In this document: piece after piece, positions 1 to 15,869 of the stretch
How the letters are laid out: each line of letters opens with the position of its first letter
How positions within the stretch are numbered: position 1 is the first letter of the stretch
DNA from: Octopus sinensis
Lineage: Eukaryota
DNA length: 64,000 nt
Reading direction: 5' to 3'
NCBI RefSeq assembly: GCF_006345805.1
Contig: NC_043002.1
Coordinates: 17,236,001-17,300,000 of the forward strand
The notes under the pieces: model-generated
Database searches by the model: none
Told to the model about the DNA's origin: nothing
The model's input: the letters and a program-made list of their open reading frames with translations, nothing else
Program-made: the position numbers and the translations under genes

Positions 1-519
1 TTCTTTTTTGTTCCTTATCTAAACAACGCGCATTCGGTTACACATTTCTCTTCACGTATGTCTCTTTCTCTCTCTTTGTGTATTATACTCACAGTCATAC
101 ACAGACATAAATACACACATATGCATATGGAATATATATAATTGCATCAACACACACGCGCATGCGGGTTTGTAGGATCATATGCGCTTGTGTTTTATTG
201 CAATATGCGCAACCACGAGTGGACGCTTATAAACACGGACACACTTATACACAACACACATACATATGCATATATTATTGAATCCATATACTTTATAAAC
301 TCCGAGAATACAATCTATTTAAACAAAAGAGTCTCGTCATATTTTTAATGACCAGCTTGAGTTCTGCAAAGGAGGGCATATATCAAAAAGAAACGCTCCT
401 GCGCACACACACAGACACACACACATACTTAGATAGATGGAGAGAGAGAAGAAGAAGAGAGAGAAATTGGAAGAGAGAGAGGAGAGAGAGGAAAAGAGAG
501 ATGCTTTTCGGACAAAGAT

Positions 520-1770
520 TGGCCTAAGCCTTGATTAATTTGAGGTGATCTCCTGATAAGATCTGTTAAACCATATTTAAGTCGTTTTGTTTCGCCAACA
601 ACCATTCATACCAGGTACTATTTCCACGTATGTGGCCTCTCTGGTGTTCTTGAAGAAATTAGTCTTCTTTCGTCTTTGATTTGTCTTCGGATAATGAAAA
701 GCACAACATACCCTTTTGAGGTAAAGGAGGCGTGTTGCAGTGAATTTACGTGGTGTAAGCCTGGATGATATAAGGGGTATATGGCATGTGGCCCCAGCCC
801 TGTATGAATTCTAAATGTGATGTTAACGTCATTTGGGCAATGCTGGTGGTACTTTCGCCACATTGTGCACATGCTGTAGCCCTCGTAGCAGCCGCTGGAG
901 AGAATAAAGCTTTAATATTTTAAGTCTATTGCATAATGAAGATGAGCCATGCCTTTTATTCTTTAGTGACTGCTCTCTGAGGTGACTCAATTTTCGTCAT
1001 GTTTGATTAGTATGGAGGACCACGAGGAGAAGTAGTATTCTGGGTGTGACAATACAAAGGTGGAGAAATGAGAATGAAGACAACTTATTCGTCGTCTTTG
1101 GACCAGAAAGTTGTGAAGATCCAGAGCTCGCTCAGTGAGCCGTTTCGACCTTAAGAAGAGAATATGTTTATTTGAAAGCATTCTTTTTTCAAAATTCATG
1201 AGTTCAAGGTTTCCGTAATTTAACAACAAATGGGTTTTTGATCGCCCACTCGTTTACAATTATATAGGAGCTTAGTTCGGTATTCTTTTCCGTTAAAAAA
1301 ATCTCTGGAGCATAGAGCCATCTGCGAAAAAATGTTCTTTATGAGCACGAATAGATAGTCTATAAAGCGAAGAGGGTCAGAAACAGATCCACAGGGTACA
1401 CCACTGGTAGACTAACTGGACTTGCGTTGACGCCACAGATCGCAACATTTTATGTTCTATTCACCAGGATATAGTTAAACCAGTGTAGCAGTTTACCATG
1501 TATTCCCTTATTGAACAATTTTAATAGGAGGATATATTTGTAGACTCTCTTGAAGGGTTTGTTGAAGTCATGATATCGGAGTTTACATTTAATCCCAAAG
1601 CTTTAAGGACATCATCGATGAGATGTCGTGTTAGACAGTCCCTGACGTAGCAGAAGACATGCTTGTTCAAATTTAGAAGATAGTGGTTCTTCTGGACGTC
1701 CGTTTCCTTGGTTCTTGATGACCACATTTTCAAACATGTTGACGATATATGTGGGTAGTGAGAGTGGGTG
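520..1770 (-). mobile_element. Degenerate CR1/L2-group non-LTR retrotransposon, RT and C-terminal region
   Basis: Frameshifted minus-strand peptides in the expected order: LLNLNKHVFCYVRDCLTRHLIDDVLKAL (QHGF..SCLTQL), KLFNKGIHGKLLHW..SGVPCGSVSDPL (SGVPQGSVLGPLLF), STFVLSHPEYYFSSWS (VRPHLEY..WSP), ESPQRAVTK, LKLYSLQR, MCTMWRKYHQHCPND. Confidence 0.8.
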
Positions 1771-1771
1771 G

Positions 1772-1826
<55 letters not shown>

Positions 1827-1962
1827 GTTTTTAAAATGCATCATCTCATTCCATGCAGAATAATTTTGAAAATATTGAATTGGTGACAATTGTTTTCTGT
1901 GTCATAACATTTAATTCAATGTCGTTTACGTATATTTTGAATGCCACCTAGAATCACAATAA

Positions 1963-2037
<75 letters not shown>

Positions 2038-2530
2038 TGAAACCTGTTAAAATTCCACAGTATCAAACATTAATTTTCTTTTCCTTAAATATTTCTTGAA
2101 ATACTTTTCATACACTCACAAACACACGCACTCGTGCTATATTCTATTCATTTGATTCTGTTTCTAATTTACTTTTACTTTCACTAATATCGGTTCCCAC
2201 AATAGCTCAATCTTTCACAGTATCGTTTGTTTTGCCTTCTGTTATCCGGGTTTCATATCAGTTATATGTTTGATCAATTAGACACGAAAGAACAACAAAG
2301 CGTTATACAGTCTTCGCGCTGTTCCGTCTTTAATTAGTAACCAATGTTCAAATACAATCAGACAAAAGTATTAAATGAAATCATATTGATGCGATATATG
2401 TAAACATTGTAATCATTGTGGCTAGCGTACAAACAGTTAGCAAGTTAACAATATACGTACGTGATGGACTTCATCCCGATATATCAGGAACTAAATATAC
2501 AACGCGGGAATAAACTCATATATATATATA

Positions 2531-2581
<51 letters not shown>

Positions 2582-3289
2582 TGTGTGTGTGGTGTGTGTG
2601 TGTGTGTGTGTGTGCGTGTCACAAAACGCCCGAACACAGACAATATACACCCACACACGCAGCGCGCATAATAAAGACATACAAATTTCTCACCGAAACA
2701 TGCACAATACGCATTCTCACCATAGGGTTACACACGCATATACACACTTGCACACACCAATCTCTATACTAATATACCTCACACCACCCGAACAGGCACA
2801 CATCCGCTGCTAAACGGAAACACGGATGCATAGACACACACACACACGATAGCATCATACATATATACAGGTCGATATCTACACACATACACACATACAC
2901 ACACAGATACACGAAACGCATATCATAGCCCACAACACACTAAATTACTTGTACACACACACTCATGCTCCTATACACACGCAGGTCCATGTTTTGCACA
3001 TACACACGATAACCCCTTCATACACACACACACGTATACATGTCTATATGCACATATACATACACACCAATACATGAAACGCACAACACTCCATAATATG
3101 TACGCACACATAAGCTACTCACACGCATACAAATTCGCCCACACATAGATATTCACTCTCTCCATTCACACATACAAACCACTGTCACATATATTCACGC
3201 GCTATTATCGCCCATTCACGCTTTAGTATTTCCCTTTCATGCAGCATTTTTCTTCCAGCCATTTCATCATTTTGAACTGTTAAGCCCAA

Positions 3290-3814
<525 letters not shown>

Positions 3815-3899
3815 TTATGCATATATATATACATGCGCACACACACACAATACTCAGCCATAAGCACATGTAGGAAAATAGTGAACTTTACTTAAGACA

Positions 3900-4700
3900 T
3901 AATTTGTATGTCTCATTCCAGTAGTATTAGAATAGAATTGATGGGGGAACTTCACCTGTTATCCATAGATGCTCATATAAAGAGTGAGGTATATTAGTAT
4001 AGAGATTGGTGACATCAAAACCTGTAAGTATAGTACCTTCTGCGAAATTGGTAGTGATGTGTTTGATAAAATCTTTGCCATCCCGTACATAACTGGGTAT
4101 TAAAGGACACAAATCTTTTAGGGGTGTAACTAAAGAGATGACTTAGATGTTGTGTTGGTGCTTGAGGTCCAGGAACTATTAGTCTTACTTCGAGGTCAGC
4201 AGGTCTTAGTATTTTTACGTACAGGTTCTTCTGCTTATTTATGGCTCTTTGCATTTCGGAGCTTTTGTGGATTTGGGGTAATCCATAGAAATTGCTCTCT
4301 TTGATTAAAGAGTTGCATATATATTTCTCCTTGTCTGTAAAGGAATCTTGGAATTCATTGATTAGTCTTCTGATTCAATTCATTATTGTTTTTTCTGAGT
4401 GTCTTGGTTGCAGTTGGTTTGGATTGTTAACATTTCCAATATTTTATCTTTATAATAGCCCTTGTCCATGATTACCATCGCCCCTCCCTTATCGGCTTCT
4501 TTTAAGATGATTGAGTTGTCATTCTTCAATGTTTGTAAGACTTCGCGAAGGTTTTGTTTGCATCTGTGGATATGTAGGGGGAACTTTGAAATGGTGTCTA
4601 TATACGCATCTAAATATTTGTCCTTTCCCGTGTAGGGGTGAAGTGGAATTTACTTCTAACCATTGATTCATTATTTAAATCCTTACTGCTGAAGGATTCT
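3900..4700 (-). mobile_element. Penelope-like element reverse transcriptase fragment
   Basis: IILKEADKGGAMVIMDKGYYKDKI, FYGLPQIHKS, RLIVPGPQAPTQHLS, LIPSYVRDGKDFI, ILTGFDVTNLYTNIPHSL are PLE RT motifs; frameshifted. Confidence 0.85.
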
Positions 4701-4808
4701 ATGAGTCGGATTACTCAATACTCCTAAGTAGAGTACACATTATAATCTTAGGAAGACACTAACTACATTTTCTTTATTGGTTATGTATGTCTACACACAC
4801 GCACACGC

Positions 4809-4840
<32 letters not shown>

Positions 4841-5992
4841 GCATATGTTCATGTATATAAGGATGCACGCCCATAAACATATTATTATTTGTGCCCCCCC
4901 CCCATTATTCGAGCTATTTACACACCACAGATGTTTTATGTGCCGATGATCCAGAACAGTCCCTTCAGTTAAGCCAATACTGATTTAAACCCTTGCTATT
5001 GTTATTGAAGTAAAACTTTGTCTTTGGGATCATACATACATATTTCACTTCCTTAACCACAGCAGAAATGTGGCCTATCATTTCGGTATTAAATTTCCTA
5101 TATATTCTGGCTCAATTTGACCCTAACAAAGGAAATTGTCACCAATTAGGCCAACCATCTGCGTATGCTAATATTTGTGTACATTATTGAAATGCTATCT
5201 TTAATGAAATTTGAGAAAATTTCTGAAATCATCACCACACAACCTTTATATATCGATAGCGGCATAGCTGCTGTCAATGGTGGCATATTACTTACGTATA
5301 GTCAATGATATCGGAAGTGGGTAACACATCTTAACTTCTGCAACGACAAGTACAAACTCCAAACTAAACAAGATGTTTTCTTCTACCTACAAAGTTATTC
5401 TCTCACTCATGCATGTATGAATATAAATCAAAATTTGAAAACATTGACAAGGCCTTCGTTTCAGAATTGCAGCAATATTTTAGCAGAATCATGCTAAATT
5501 ATATGCGCTGAGATACATGTTGCAATTGTATTACCATTGATTTAAGCTGATTGGTAATTTCATTTTCATCAACTCACACTATGATGCCTGCTAATATAAC
5601 TAAGGAAATGTTACCGAAGTTTATGAATTCATTAGTGTTCGTTATGATTGATTAGCGTAAGAATATTTCCATACCACGTCGGTCACTAAACACAGTATTA
5701 AACGTATGAACTTTAACAGCGCATTTACAATTACGTAACTGCTCAAGGAGCCAAGAGGCAAATTGATTATCAATCAATGATATTAAAGTGGCCAAATTGA
5801 ATTTTTCCATTTAAAAGCTCCTGGAACAATCCACAAAATAGTGTGTAGTCTCAAATATTGTGGGATACAATGCTTTGCGTTATGATCCCAAGTCTCTGCA
5901 TCATCAGGTAACAGTTCATATTTCGCTTTTCATAATTTCGCCATGGATTAAAAAAAAGTATCAGCCAATTGCTAGCGTTGATTTGTCTAATA

Positions 5993-6213
5993 TATTTCTT
6001 TATCAACCCCAAGTGGATAAACATAGAGGGGACAAACAAGGACAAACAAGGGGATTACATCGACCCCAGTGCGTAACTGGTACTTATTTAATCGACCCCG
6101 AAATGATGAAAGGCAAAGTCGACCTCGGCGGAATTTGAACCCAGAACATAACGGCAGACGAAATACCGCTAGGCATGTCGCCCGGCGTGCTAACGTTTCT
6201 CTCAGGTCGCCCC
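5993..6213 (-). mobile_element. tRNA-derived SINE, family A
   Basis: Reverse complement of the family A sequence GGCGGCGAGCTGGCAGAA..GAGTTCAAATTCCGCCGAGGTCGACTTTGCCTTTCATCC..; several copies in the window. Confidence 0.9.
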
Positions 6214-8744
6214 CTCATATTTTTCTAATACAGGCTAAGAACAGAGAGAATCACTACAGCATTTGAGTACATGCCATACATTATTTGCTCTGTCTAATTA
6301 CGTTCTGAGTTCAAATCACGACAAGTACAGTGCTGACTCTCATCTTTCTACTTTTATTTATGTAATATTATTTCATATGCATATGTTAGAAATTATTTTT
6401 CAGACTTTTGCCATTTACTAACAAGTAGGGACCATCTAATGATATCATCGTAAGCTAACATCTTTTACAGACACCATGAATATCATAACTTTAACCTGTT
6501 TCACTTTTCTTCTCAGTTAAATCAGTTAGTAGTTCCTCTCTTCTAGTGTTTAAACAATACAGGTTTGGAGATTATTTCATAAGATTGCAACCCTTATAAT
6601 ATCAAGAGTAATAGCTCTGAAAACTTTCAGAAATTTTACATAATTTTACATAATTTTTTTAAAAATAATACTATGAAGAACTTGCAGTTAGATTAAATTT
6701 CCTTCATAGCCGTGCAGCCTAATGTTTGAACAAAATCCTTATCATTGTCCATTGAAAATATAATTCATTAATAAATAATTTACTTATTGCATATGTCATG
6801 GCAATGAATTTTCCTTAATATTTTTTGTATTTTATGAGGATTGTTGCCTGTCAATTCCCGAATCTCATCCCTTTGCATCTAAAAATATTTCCTTATAACT
6901 CTCTCTTCAACAGAGTGCTCTACTGAGGACTAGAAATATTAGTTTTCTGTGACTTCGATTGTGACATGGGTGGAATAATCAAGTGGAGATCAAACTTTGT
7001 CACTTAAAAATTTACTATTTTTATTACGTTCTTACTCATAAAAGATTTTAGCTGATTCTTATGCTTAGGTAGACTTTATTACATCAAATTCCATGTGTAC
7101 ATAACATATCCATGTAGGGAAGGTATGTTAATTATTCGAATATTATAAAATATCTTCCGAACTGAAATCATTAAGAGATCATTGCTATCATTCTGTTCAT
7201 ATACAAGCAGGAAATCCACCACTTGATATATATAAGTTTATTTTTTTTAAATATTAGTTAACTAAATAGAATAAAAAATTTAATGTGCAAGAAATCTGAA
7301 TAACAAAGAATGAGTAAAGTGAACGCCATGCTCTGTATACTCCCGCTCATACGCGCTCGGTTAAAAGTAAAACATGTTTATATTTTTCTCACCAACTTGC
7401 AGACAGCTAAAATATTAATCATAAACTAATATCCTTTTTTTTTTGTAATTTACTTCCGATTTATGTATACATGAGCTTTTTGATCTTTTTTGCAAATATA
7501 TTTGAAAATATATCTATCTAATTATCATATGGACAGAGTTCTAGACAAATTTAATACATCAGTATCACTCTGTCTATACACTCATGCATATACAATTCAG
7601 TACTTAATAGGTTTACTTAGCTAAATATCAGCTAATTACTTCTCCTAGTAATATTACATTCACTTTTACCTGCTTTTTTTATATATAAATATACAAGATA
7701 TATTTTAATGTAATATAAATATTATATTTCTTTTTATGTTGAATAAACATCCTCCTATACAGTTAAGACTGGAACATTACAGATAAAACTCAAAGTAGAT
7801 TTAAAGCATACCGTTTTATAATGTATGTAAATGATACAACTTTGAATATGCTAATAATGCACGACATTACTAACAGAATTTTATTAATAGTGTTCTAAGA
7901 TAAAAGTTTTTCATGTCCAATAGACTAGAATTCCAATTTTCTGAACTATCCGTAACTGTTGTTAGTTATATACATGTAGCATTTCGAAACAGAGCTTATA
8001 TTGACTCAGTAATGAAGTCTGCCACATAACTCTTAATGTATCCCAGTACAAAAGCAATTCACATATATTTATGAGAAGTGTAACCATATCACTTGTTACC
8101 TGTAGTGTAAGGATCTCTTCTAAAATTTTAAAGTAATTTGGTGGTAATTTTAAAGTTCTTTGGTAGACATAGAAGTGATATCCACTATATCATAGATTTC
8201 CAGGCAATCGAAAATCGTTTTGATTTCTAGTCATGTTTCAATATTTTTCCGTTGTTTAAGGTATACAATAAATTCGATTATGTGAAGATATTTTTAATAG
8301 ATTGAACTGTAGGAGCGGACTGTCAAGGCCGAAAAAGTCTTATGCATCGGAGTTGTGAGGGGAGAGATGAACAAAGCACGAAGAAGCTGAAAAATTGAGG
8401 GGAGTAGGAAGAATGAGCCGAAGATTCAATGCGTAATGAAAAGTTGATAAGATTATATAACCAGGATGAATTAGGGATGGGAGAGATACGCAGTTCTTCT
8501 AGCCATCTTTATACAGAAGGGATTTTATTCTTGTATGGCTAATGAAGCTATCACAAACCAAGATCAGACGTCTCGTTTTTAACGTCAGTGTCTGCTCCTC
8601 GGAAAAGCAAATCATGCGACAACACATTTCATGACGTGTTCTCAGCATCAACTAAACACTATTCTTTCTACTCTATGAAAAACAATATTCTATATTACAA
8701 AGATTTTAGGTTTACTGTTGTATATAAATTTAATTAATTTTTAT

Positions 8745-9052
8745 TTATTTATGCGCCCTTTTCAAGCCTAGCCAGGTTCATGGGCCCGGTTTCCCGGTTT
8801 CTATGGCGTATGTGTTCCCCCCACTGGAAGGGACGCCAGTCCACCGCAGCGTTATACACAAGAAACAAGAAGAGTGATAGAACGTTGTGACGACAGAGTA
8901 CATTAGGTGTCGCAACCACCCCCTGCCGGAGCCTCGTAGACCTTTAGGTGTTTTAGCTCAATAAACACATTCACCCCCCCTGTCTGGGAATCGAAACCGC
9001 GATCCTCCGACTGCGAGTCCGCTGCCCAAACCACTGGGGCATTGTGCCTCCA
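8745..9052 (-). mobile_element. tRNA-derived SINE, family C
   Basis: Head TGGAGGCACAATGCCCCAGTGG..GGTTTCGATTCCC (A and B boxes); tail shared with 48915-49198. Confidence 0.8.
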
Positions 9053-10457
9053 CTTGTATATGAATACAAAGAAAATTTTGGGCGTACAGTGTTTTCTGGT
9101 GATGCTTTTGTTCAGTATATGTTTTGTATGCATTTATATGTGTGAATGTATAAATAGCTGTATATATGTATGTATAAGTGTACTACAAGAATTCATTGTT
9201 CGTTAGCATGCCGAAGTTATTGTGTCCTTATACATTGCAATACCTCTGGGTATTGTATGATTGATGTACTTAATGTTTGGCTTCAACAGTTGAATATAAA
9301 ACCAGATGGCAAAAATATATAGTTCGGAAATAACAGAGGAATAAATATTTGATGGGAAAGAACTTGCACTTGTTACTGTGAGTCCTCGAAATTGATGCGA
9401 TATAAATAATAAAACGAAGATAGATACGTAGTAGAAAGTGCAGATATCCAGCTAACTCTTAAATATTGAAGCATTTCTGACAAAGAAATCTAGGAGAGAG
9501 AATGCATGCGTGCATGTAAGTGACAGTAATTGTCAATCGGTCGAGTGGCCTTGTTGACTGTATATGTCAACTATGATTATTAGAGGTTTAACAGATTCTG
9601 CGTAAATATAAAGTGATGTGTATGTATTTGTTACAAACAAATTTTGTATTTGCTGCCACTAACTATTTCTTGAAATTGTGTGTCGTTTCTTAGATAACTA
9701 TTGTACATCTATTTGGCATCTATTTCGAAAATGGCAATTATTTCATGGGCTAGGAGTTGTGCGATGGAATATAGCTTAAATTATATCATGTATATACCGA
9801 TGTTTTGGAGATCAGTACATTATGAATTTTCATGTTTATTTTGTTCTATTTCTCTTTATATTTTCGTCATATATGTCAGCCAATTGTCCGGTACATTCAT
9901 TCAAGAGAGGTATAAATTCCAACTCCCCAAATTGGGTATGGTTCACGTTTATTTGTTAAGGACTAGGATATCAAGATTCTTGGATGCATCTGTGTCAGAT
10001 TAAAAGCAAATTGAGCAAGTTTGTTCTCCATTTATAAAAGCATTTCTCGGTTCACGAATGGCTTCTACATGATTTTACATGGATTCGTATAATGACAATA
10101 TTACAACATTCCAACACATTTTCAAAATCATATCATTGATATATTCAGAAAAAAACATGATAGTGATATGCAATGAGTTTCGCACTATGCATATATTCAT
10201 ACATACACACGTATATATATATGTACATAATACATACATATGTATTATATTATATATATATATATATTATATATATATATATTATATATATATTATAATA
10301 TATATATATATATATATATATTATGCATGTATGTTTGCTAGCGGAAGCACATATTTGTGGAATAAGTTGGAAAACAGTCGAATACAGGAGATTGAATATT
10401 ATGCATTACTAATAAGCTGCAATTTTTTCGTGTGATATTTTTGCAGTTGTATTGATA

Positions 10458-10507
<50 letters not shown>

Positions 10508-10534
10508 ACACACAAACATACAACCGTACGTATT

Positions 10535-10569
<35 letters not shown>

Positions 10570-10860
10570 CTTCAAGGTTCATCCAGACTGGGAACACGGG
10601 CCATACGTCCCCTGCCCAATTCAAGATCACAGCATACATGTACACTGCAACATAATTTCTTTTCCTCAACAGGCCATGCCCTATTTAACATTGTCCCGAA
10701 AGAGATCAAAGAGGAAAAGGATCCCATCAACTTTAAACGGAGTCTGGATAGATTCCTTCGAGGAATACCAGATAAGCCACCCATAATTGGATACAACTCA
10801 CCCAACAAAAAATCACTACTTGAATGGACCATAAACATTACGTTTGCAGACCTGGCATAC
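10570..10860 (+). mobile_element. 3' end of CR1/L2-group LINE ORF2, related to the 520-1770 element
   Basis: FKVHP..RAIRP..NSRSQHTCTLQHNFFSSTGHALFNIVPKEIKEEKDPINFKRSLDRFL..IPDKP aligns with FRIHTGLGPHAIYP..SLQHASFTSKG of the minus-strand copy. Confidence 0.7.
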
Positions 10861-10939
10861 TTTGCATTGAAAGGTGTGGACAGACATACAGAATATTTGG
10901 TGGACGTTCGTTTTCCAGGGATCCGCAAATGCGATTTGA

Positions 10940-11066
10940 GAAGAGGAGGAGGAGGAGGACGAGGAGGAGGAAGAGGAGGAGGAAGAAGAAGAAGAAGAAG
11001 AAGAAGAAGAGAAAAGAAGAAGAAGAAGAAGAAAAAAAGAAGAAGAAGAAGAAGAAAAAAAAAGAA

Positions 11067-11110
<44 letters not shown>

Positions 11111-11255
11111 GGAGGTAGAAGAAGAAAAAGAAGAAAAAGAAGAAGAAGAAGAAGAAAAAGAAGAACAAGAACAAGAACAAGAACAAGAAAAGGAAGAAGA
11201 AGAAGAAGAAGAAGAAGAAGAAGAAGAAAGAAGAAGAAGAAGAAGAAGAAGAAGA
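10940..11255 (+). repeat. (GGA)n/(GAA)n polypurine microsatellite
   Basis: ~315 bp of almost pure purine trinucleotide repeat. Confidence 0.95.
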
Positions 11256-11600
11256 CAAATGTCTGGAATGAAAAGAGGTGAATGTCAATGATGTATGTTA
11301 CGGGGCGACCTAATTAATGATTTTAGAGCGTTTGGGTTACAGGGAAAGGGATACAAGTAGGAACAGTAAAAGACGTAGAGATTTTAGAGGATAGGAAACC
11401 TTGAAAGGGGACAGTAGCGTCTTAACCGGTGTTGAAAATAATTATAGGTTTCTTCAAGTAAATAGTGGTGACGAAGATTTAAAACTATATATGTTTCTAA
11501 ATTCTATATGTTATGCATGTTAGACATGTAAAACTTAAAAATTAAAGAATGATATAAATGTGATGAGATGTATGTGCTGAGTGATAGTTGTTGGTGAATG

Positions 11601-11639
<39 letters not shown>

Positions 11640-11835
11640 CAATTAAATATGTTTTTATTATTTTTTTGCAATTTACTTAATCATCGGTATTTTATTGTTT
11701 TTTAATTTTAATATTTCTATTATATGTGTAATTTTCTAGATTGTGTAATTTAATTTTTCATTTTGGATTGATAAAAGGTGTTTTTTTCTAATTTTATATA
11801 TATATATAATATATATATATATATATTATATATTA

Positions 11836-11883
<48 letters not shown>

Positions 11884-11994
11884 TGTGTGAAATTTGATTA
11901 AGTATTTCAAAATTGAATTTTTTTCCCTGTAAGTTAGGATTAATATTCCCTCAAATAATTATTATATATAGATATATACATATATGTATATAAA

Positions 11995-12223
11995 GGCGGC
12001 GAGCTGGCAGAAACTTTAGCACACCGGGCGAAATGCTTAGCGGTATTGCGTCTGTCGTTGCGTTCTGAGTTCAAATTCCGCCGAGGTCGACTTTGCCTTT
12101 CATCCTTTCGGGGTCGATAAATTAAGTACCAGTTACGCACTGGGGTCGATGTAATCGACTTAATCCGTTTGTCTGTCCTTGTTTGTCCCCTCTATGTTTA
12201 GCCCCTTGTGGGCAATAAAGAAA
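11995..12223 (+). mobile_element. tRNA-derived SINE, family A, full length
   Basis: Runs from GGCGGCGAGCTGGCAGAA to AATAAAGAAA; B box GAGTTCAAATTCC. Confidence 0.92.
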
Positions 12224-12986
12224 CATATATACATATATGTGGGTATACATATACATACAAACACATCTACGTACGCATACATACGCAAGAATGTGTTACA
12301 CATAGATAATCATGGAAACGCACACATACACACACACGCACACATATACACACTCACTCGCGCACACCATTACTTCACACACACACACATAATCATGCAA
12401 TATCTATATGCGTGTGCGTGTACATGCATACACACATATATGTAGATCCATGCATGCACACACACAGACACACGATCGTATAGGTATATACAGGCACAGA
12501 TATACGTAAAGACATATATACAAACAAACATACATATATAATCACATACATGGATATGTTTATATATACGTACACACATGTATACATATATATGTTTCAT
12601 TTACTAATATGAGTTACTAAATTATACACATAGGCGGAACATGTAAGATAACTCATAATGGAAATTCCTCAGACAGTGAATGAAATTATTTGATATCATT
12701 TGATATATAATATCAAATGATATTATTTGATATATAATTTCTCTGAAGGAAGTATCTACTCGAATTTTCCACACACATGCTTACCTCACAGAAATGTAAT
12801 GTCTATTTACGGATTTGGAATGCTGCAATAAGAAAATCTGCTTTCAGAGACACAGGTTGTATTTTGACCCCACCTTCACAACATATATATGTGTGTGTGT
12901 GTCTGTGTGTGTGTATTTAAATACATACACACACAAGCACACGCACTCACACTCTCTCACACACACACATACATATACACATACAT

Positions 12987-13029
<43 letters not shown>

Positions 13030-13030
<1 letters not shown>

Positions 13031-13205
13031 GCGCGTGACTTACTGGCAAGGGCATTCGGCTCACGATCGTAAAGTCGTGGGTTCCATTCCCGGCAAGAAC
13101 ACGTGTATGTGGAGTACTCAGCCACTTGCACGTTAATTTCACGAGCAAGTCGTTCCGTTAATCAGATCAACTGGGACCTTTGTCTCCGTCAGCGATGGAA
13201 TCCCG
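13030..13205 (+). mobile_element. Internally deleted family C-type SINE
   Basis: tRNA-like head (GGGTTCCATTCCC) plus tail GGAGTACTCAGCCACTTGCACGTTAAT shared with 28440-28712. Confidence 0.65.
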
Positions 13206-13828
13206 GATATATGTGTATATATATATATATGTGTGTGTGTGTGTGGTGTGTGTGTGTGTGTGTGTGAGTGTATGTATATATATATGTACATTTATATGTG
13301 TGTATGTATATATATGTATCGGTATATCTATCAATCTGTGTGTGTGTGGTTCCTGGGTTCGTTTTTCAGTTCTACTGAGTGGCACCTTGGCAAGTATGTG
13401 GCTTCTACTATATCAACAAGCCGACCAGATTCTTTTGAGTGTAATCACTAGACGGAAACTGAAGGAAGCCCATCATATGTATATGTATGCATATATGTCT
13501 AAGTGTTGGTGTCTGTAAGTATGTGTATGTAAGAGTTTTTTCAAAATGAAAACATGTATCTACATAAATACTATTCCAGTGACCAACAGACATTTACCAC
13601 TCCCTTCTTGAAAGAAATTTGATTTTCTAATAACTTATTATATAGACCGACATAGAGTACATAGATAGCATCCATATGTATTCTAGACGAAATGGCGCCT
13701 GAATGCACAAGGTGGGGGGGTATAACTGACTTTTTGACTTCTCTGTGTCCAATCACGCGTCCTCTTTATTTGGGAGCTCTAAATAACAAGGTCATGGCTG
13801 AAACAATATTATTCGGAACACTAACGTA

Positions 13829-14260
13829 GGGAGCTGGCAGAAACTTTAGCTCGTTGGGCGAAATGCTTAGCCGGTATTTCGCCTGCCGCTACGTTCTGAG
13901 TTCAAATTCCGCCGAGGTCAACTTTGCTTTTCACCCTTTTGGGGTCGATTAAATAAGTACCAGTTACGCACTGGAGGTCGATATAATCGACATAATACTC
14001 TTGTTTGTCCATGTTTGTCCCCTCTGCGTCTAAGCGCCTTGTGGAAAGTAAAGAAATAAGAAACGTTAGCACGCCGGGCGAAGTGATAGGCAGTATTTCG
14101 TCTGTCTTTAAGTTATGATTTCAAATTCCACCGAGTTTGACTTTGCCTTTCATCATTTCGGGAGCGATGAATTAATTACCAGTTGAGTTCAAGAGTCGAT
14201 CTAATCGACTGGCCCCTTCCTCCAAAATTTCGGGCCTTGTGCCTCGATTAGACATGAATA
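13829..14260 (+). mobile_element. Dimeric family A SINE
   Basis: Two tandem family A units; the second restarts at AGAAACGTTAGCACGCCGGGCG. Confidence 0.88.
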
Positions 14261-15787
14261 TTATTTGGAACATTGTAGAGAGATTTCATTCATACTGATG
14301 TTGATTACGTATTTCCCAAAGCTACCACTAACACTGTATTAAACTGCATTATTGTCTTTAAAATCGCAACACAGATGCGAAGCTCATTGGATTTGTGTAA
14401 TGTACATTACTAACTACAGCTTGAATATTTAGCTAGCACTTTTATTCAACATGTGCTGCTGTTTCCAATTAGAATCACATAGGAGTTGCTTCTTTTATAT
14501 CCTAGTAATGTAGTTTCGCATTAATAGCACTTCCATGTCCCAAAATCAGTTGTCTGCAGCAATTATGGTGACATGAACTGTTTCATATCATGGGGGCCAA
14601 ATTTACTAATGACAAATGAAGTCCTGCCTTTTAAACTGAATAGGGTTAAGGCTTCTTCATTTATAGCAAATATTTGATTAGTTAGACACGTCCTGATTAA
14701 GCTTATACTACGCACCTACAAAAAAGAACATCTAAGTAACGTATTGTTTGCGTTCTTTTCTTTACATATATATATAAATATGTGTGTGTAAGTGTATTCT
14801 TCTTTACCTTACATATAATATGTGTGTGTGTATGCATTTATGTGCCAACGATATTCGTTTAAATTTACAGTACTAAACTTACATAGCAACTATTTACGAA
14901 TAAGATGAAAGCTTCTCGTAGTGATAGTCTCTCCCTTATTCTCTTCAATGTGGGAGGAGCGGTAGCAAATGTACTCTATTACTGTTTGGTTCAAGACACT
15001 TGAACCTTGGCGGGGAGCAAACAATTGTCCAGTAACAAGTAAATGAAAGATACAAAGTAAGGTTGTCGGTGGCGACTGAGACAGAAAGAGAATGGCATGA
15101 TTATATTTTAAATAAAACAAAATGAATCTTAATGTGATATACAAAGCATAGAGAAAAAGCAATAACTTAAGAATATAACATCACAAGAAGGTGGATAAAT
15201 ATTCTGGTGACTGAGTGGGCAAAATAATGTTCTAAAAGTTAATGCCACAAGAGCAAACATCCCCATTCTCAAAAGTTATCGATCGCAACCCAATATTATT
15301 CAGCTTCTATAAATTTGTACAATTATTGCATCTGATAGCTATTAACCTTAAAGGGTCATCGACTGACCTAGGGTTATTGCCGATAGATATTTATTTTATA
15401 AATATTCCCCAGGAGCCGTGATATAATTACGATTTTACAAAACATTATTATAGCTGCCAGCTTTGCATTAGCATTTCAAGACGGCTATTAACTTAACAGA
15501 ACGTTTCACATTTATTTCATCTTTCTTACAAAACAACACAAACGTGTGCCTACAAATACGCACATATATGTACGCATATATATATGTGTATGTGTGTGAG
15601 TACATACATAAAAGGAAAACATAGATATATACATACATAGATATGGATACATATATATATATATACAGAGAGAGAGAGAAAGAGAGAGAGAGATGTGTAC
15701 ATATATATATATGTATGTGTGTATATATATATATATAAATATACATATATATATATAAATATATGGATATATATATTATATATATAT

Positions 15788-15864
<77 letters not shown>

Positions 15865-15869
15865 GGATA

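Noticed and set aside
10572-11291. 238-aa poly-F/L and 155-aa poly-K/E ORFs
   Set aside because: These are translations of the (GAA)n microsatellite plus a LINE remnant, with no evidence of a gene
12693-12775. 14-bp perfect AT-rich hairpin and a nearby CTGAAGGA..ACTCGAAT motif
   Set aside because: Low complexity, and the core deviates at several invariant hammerhead positions
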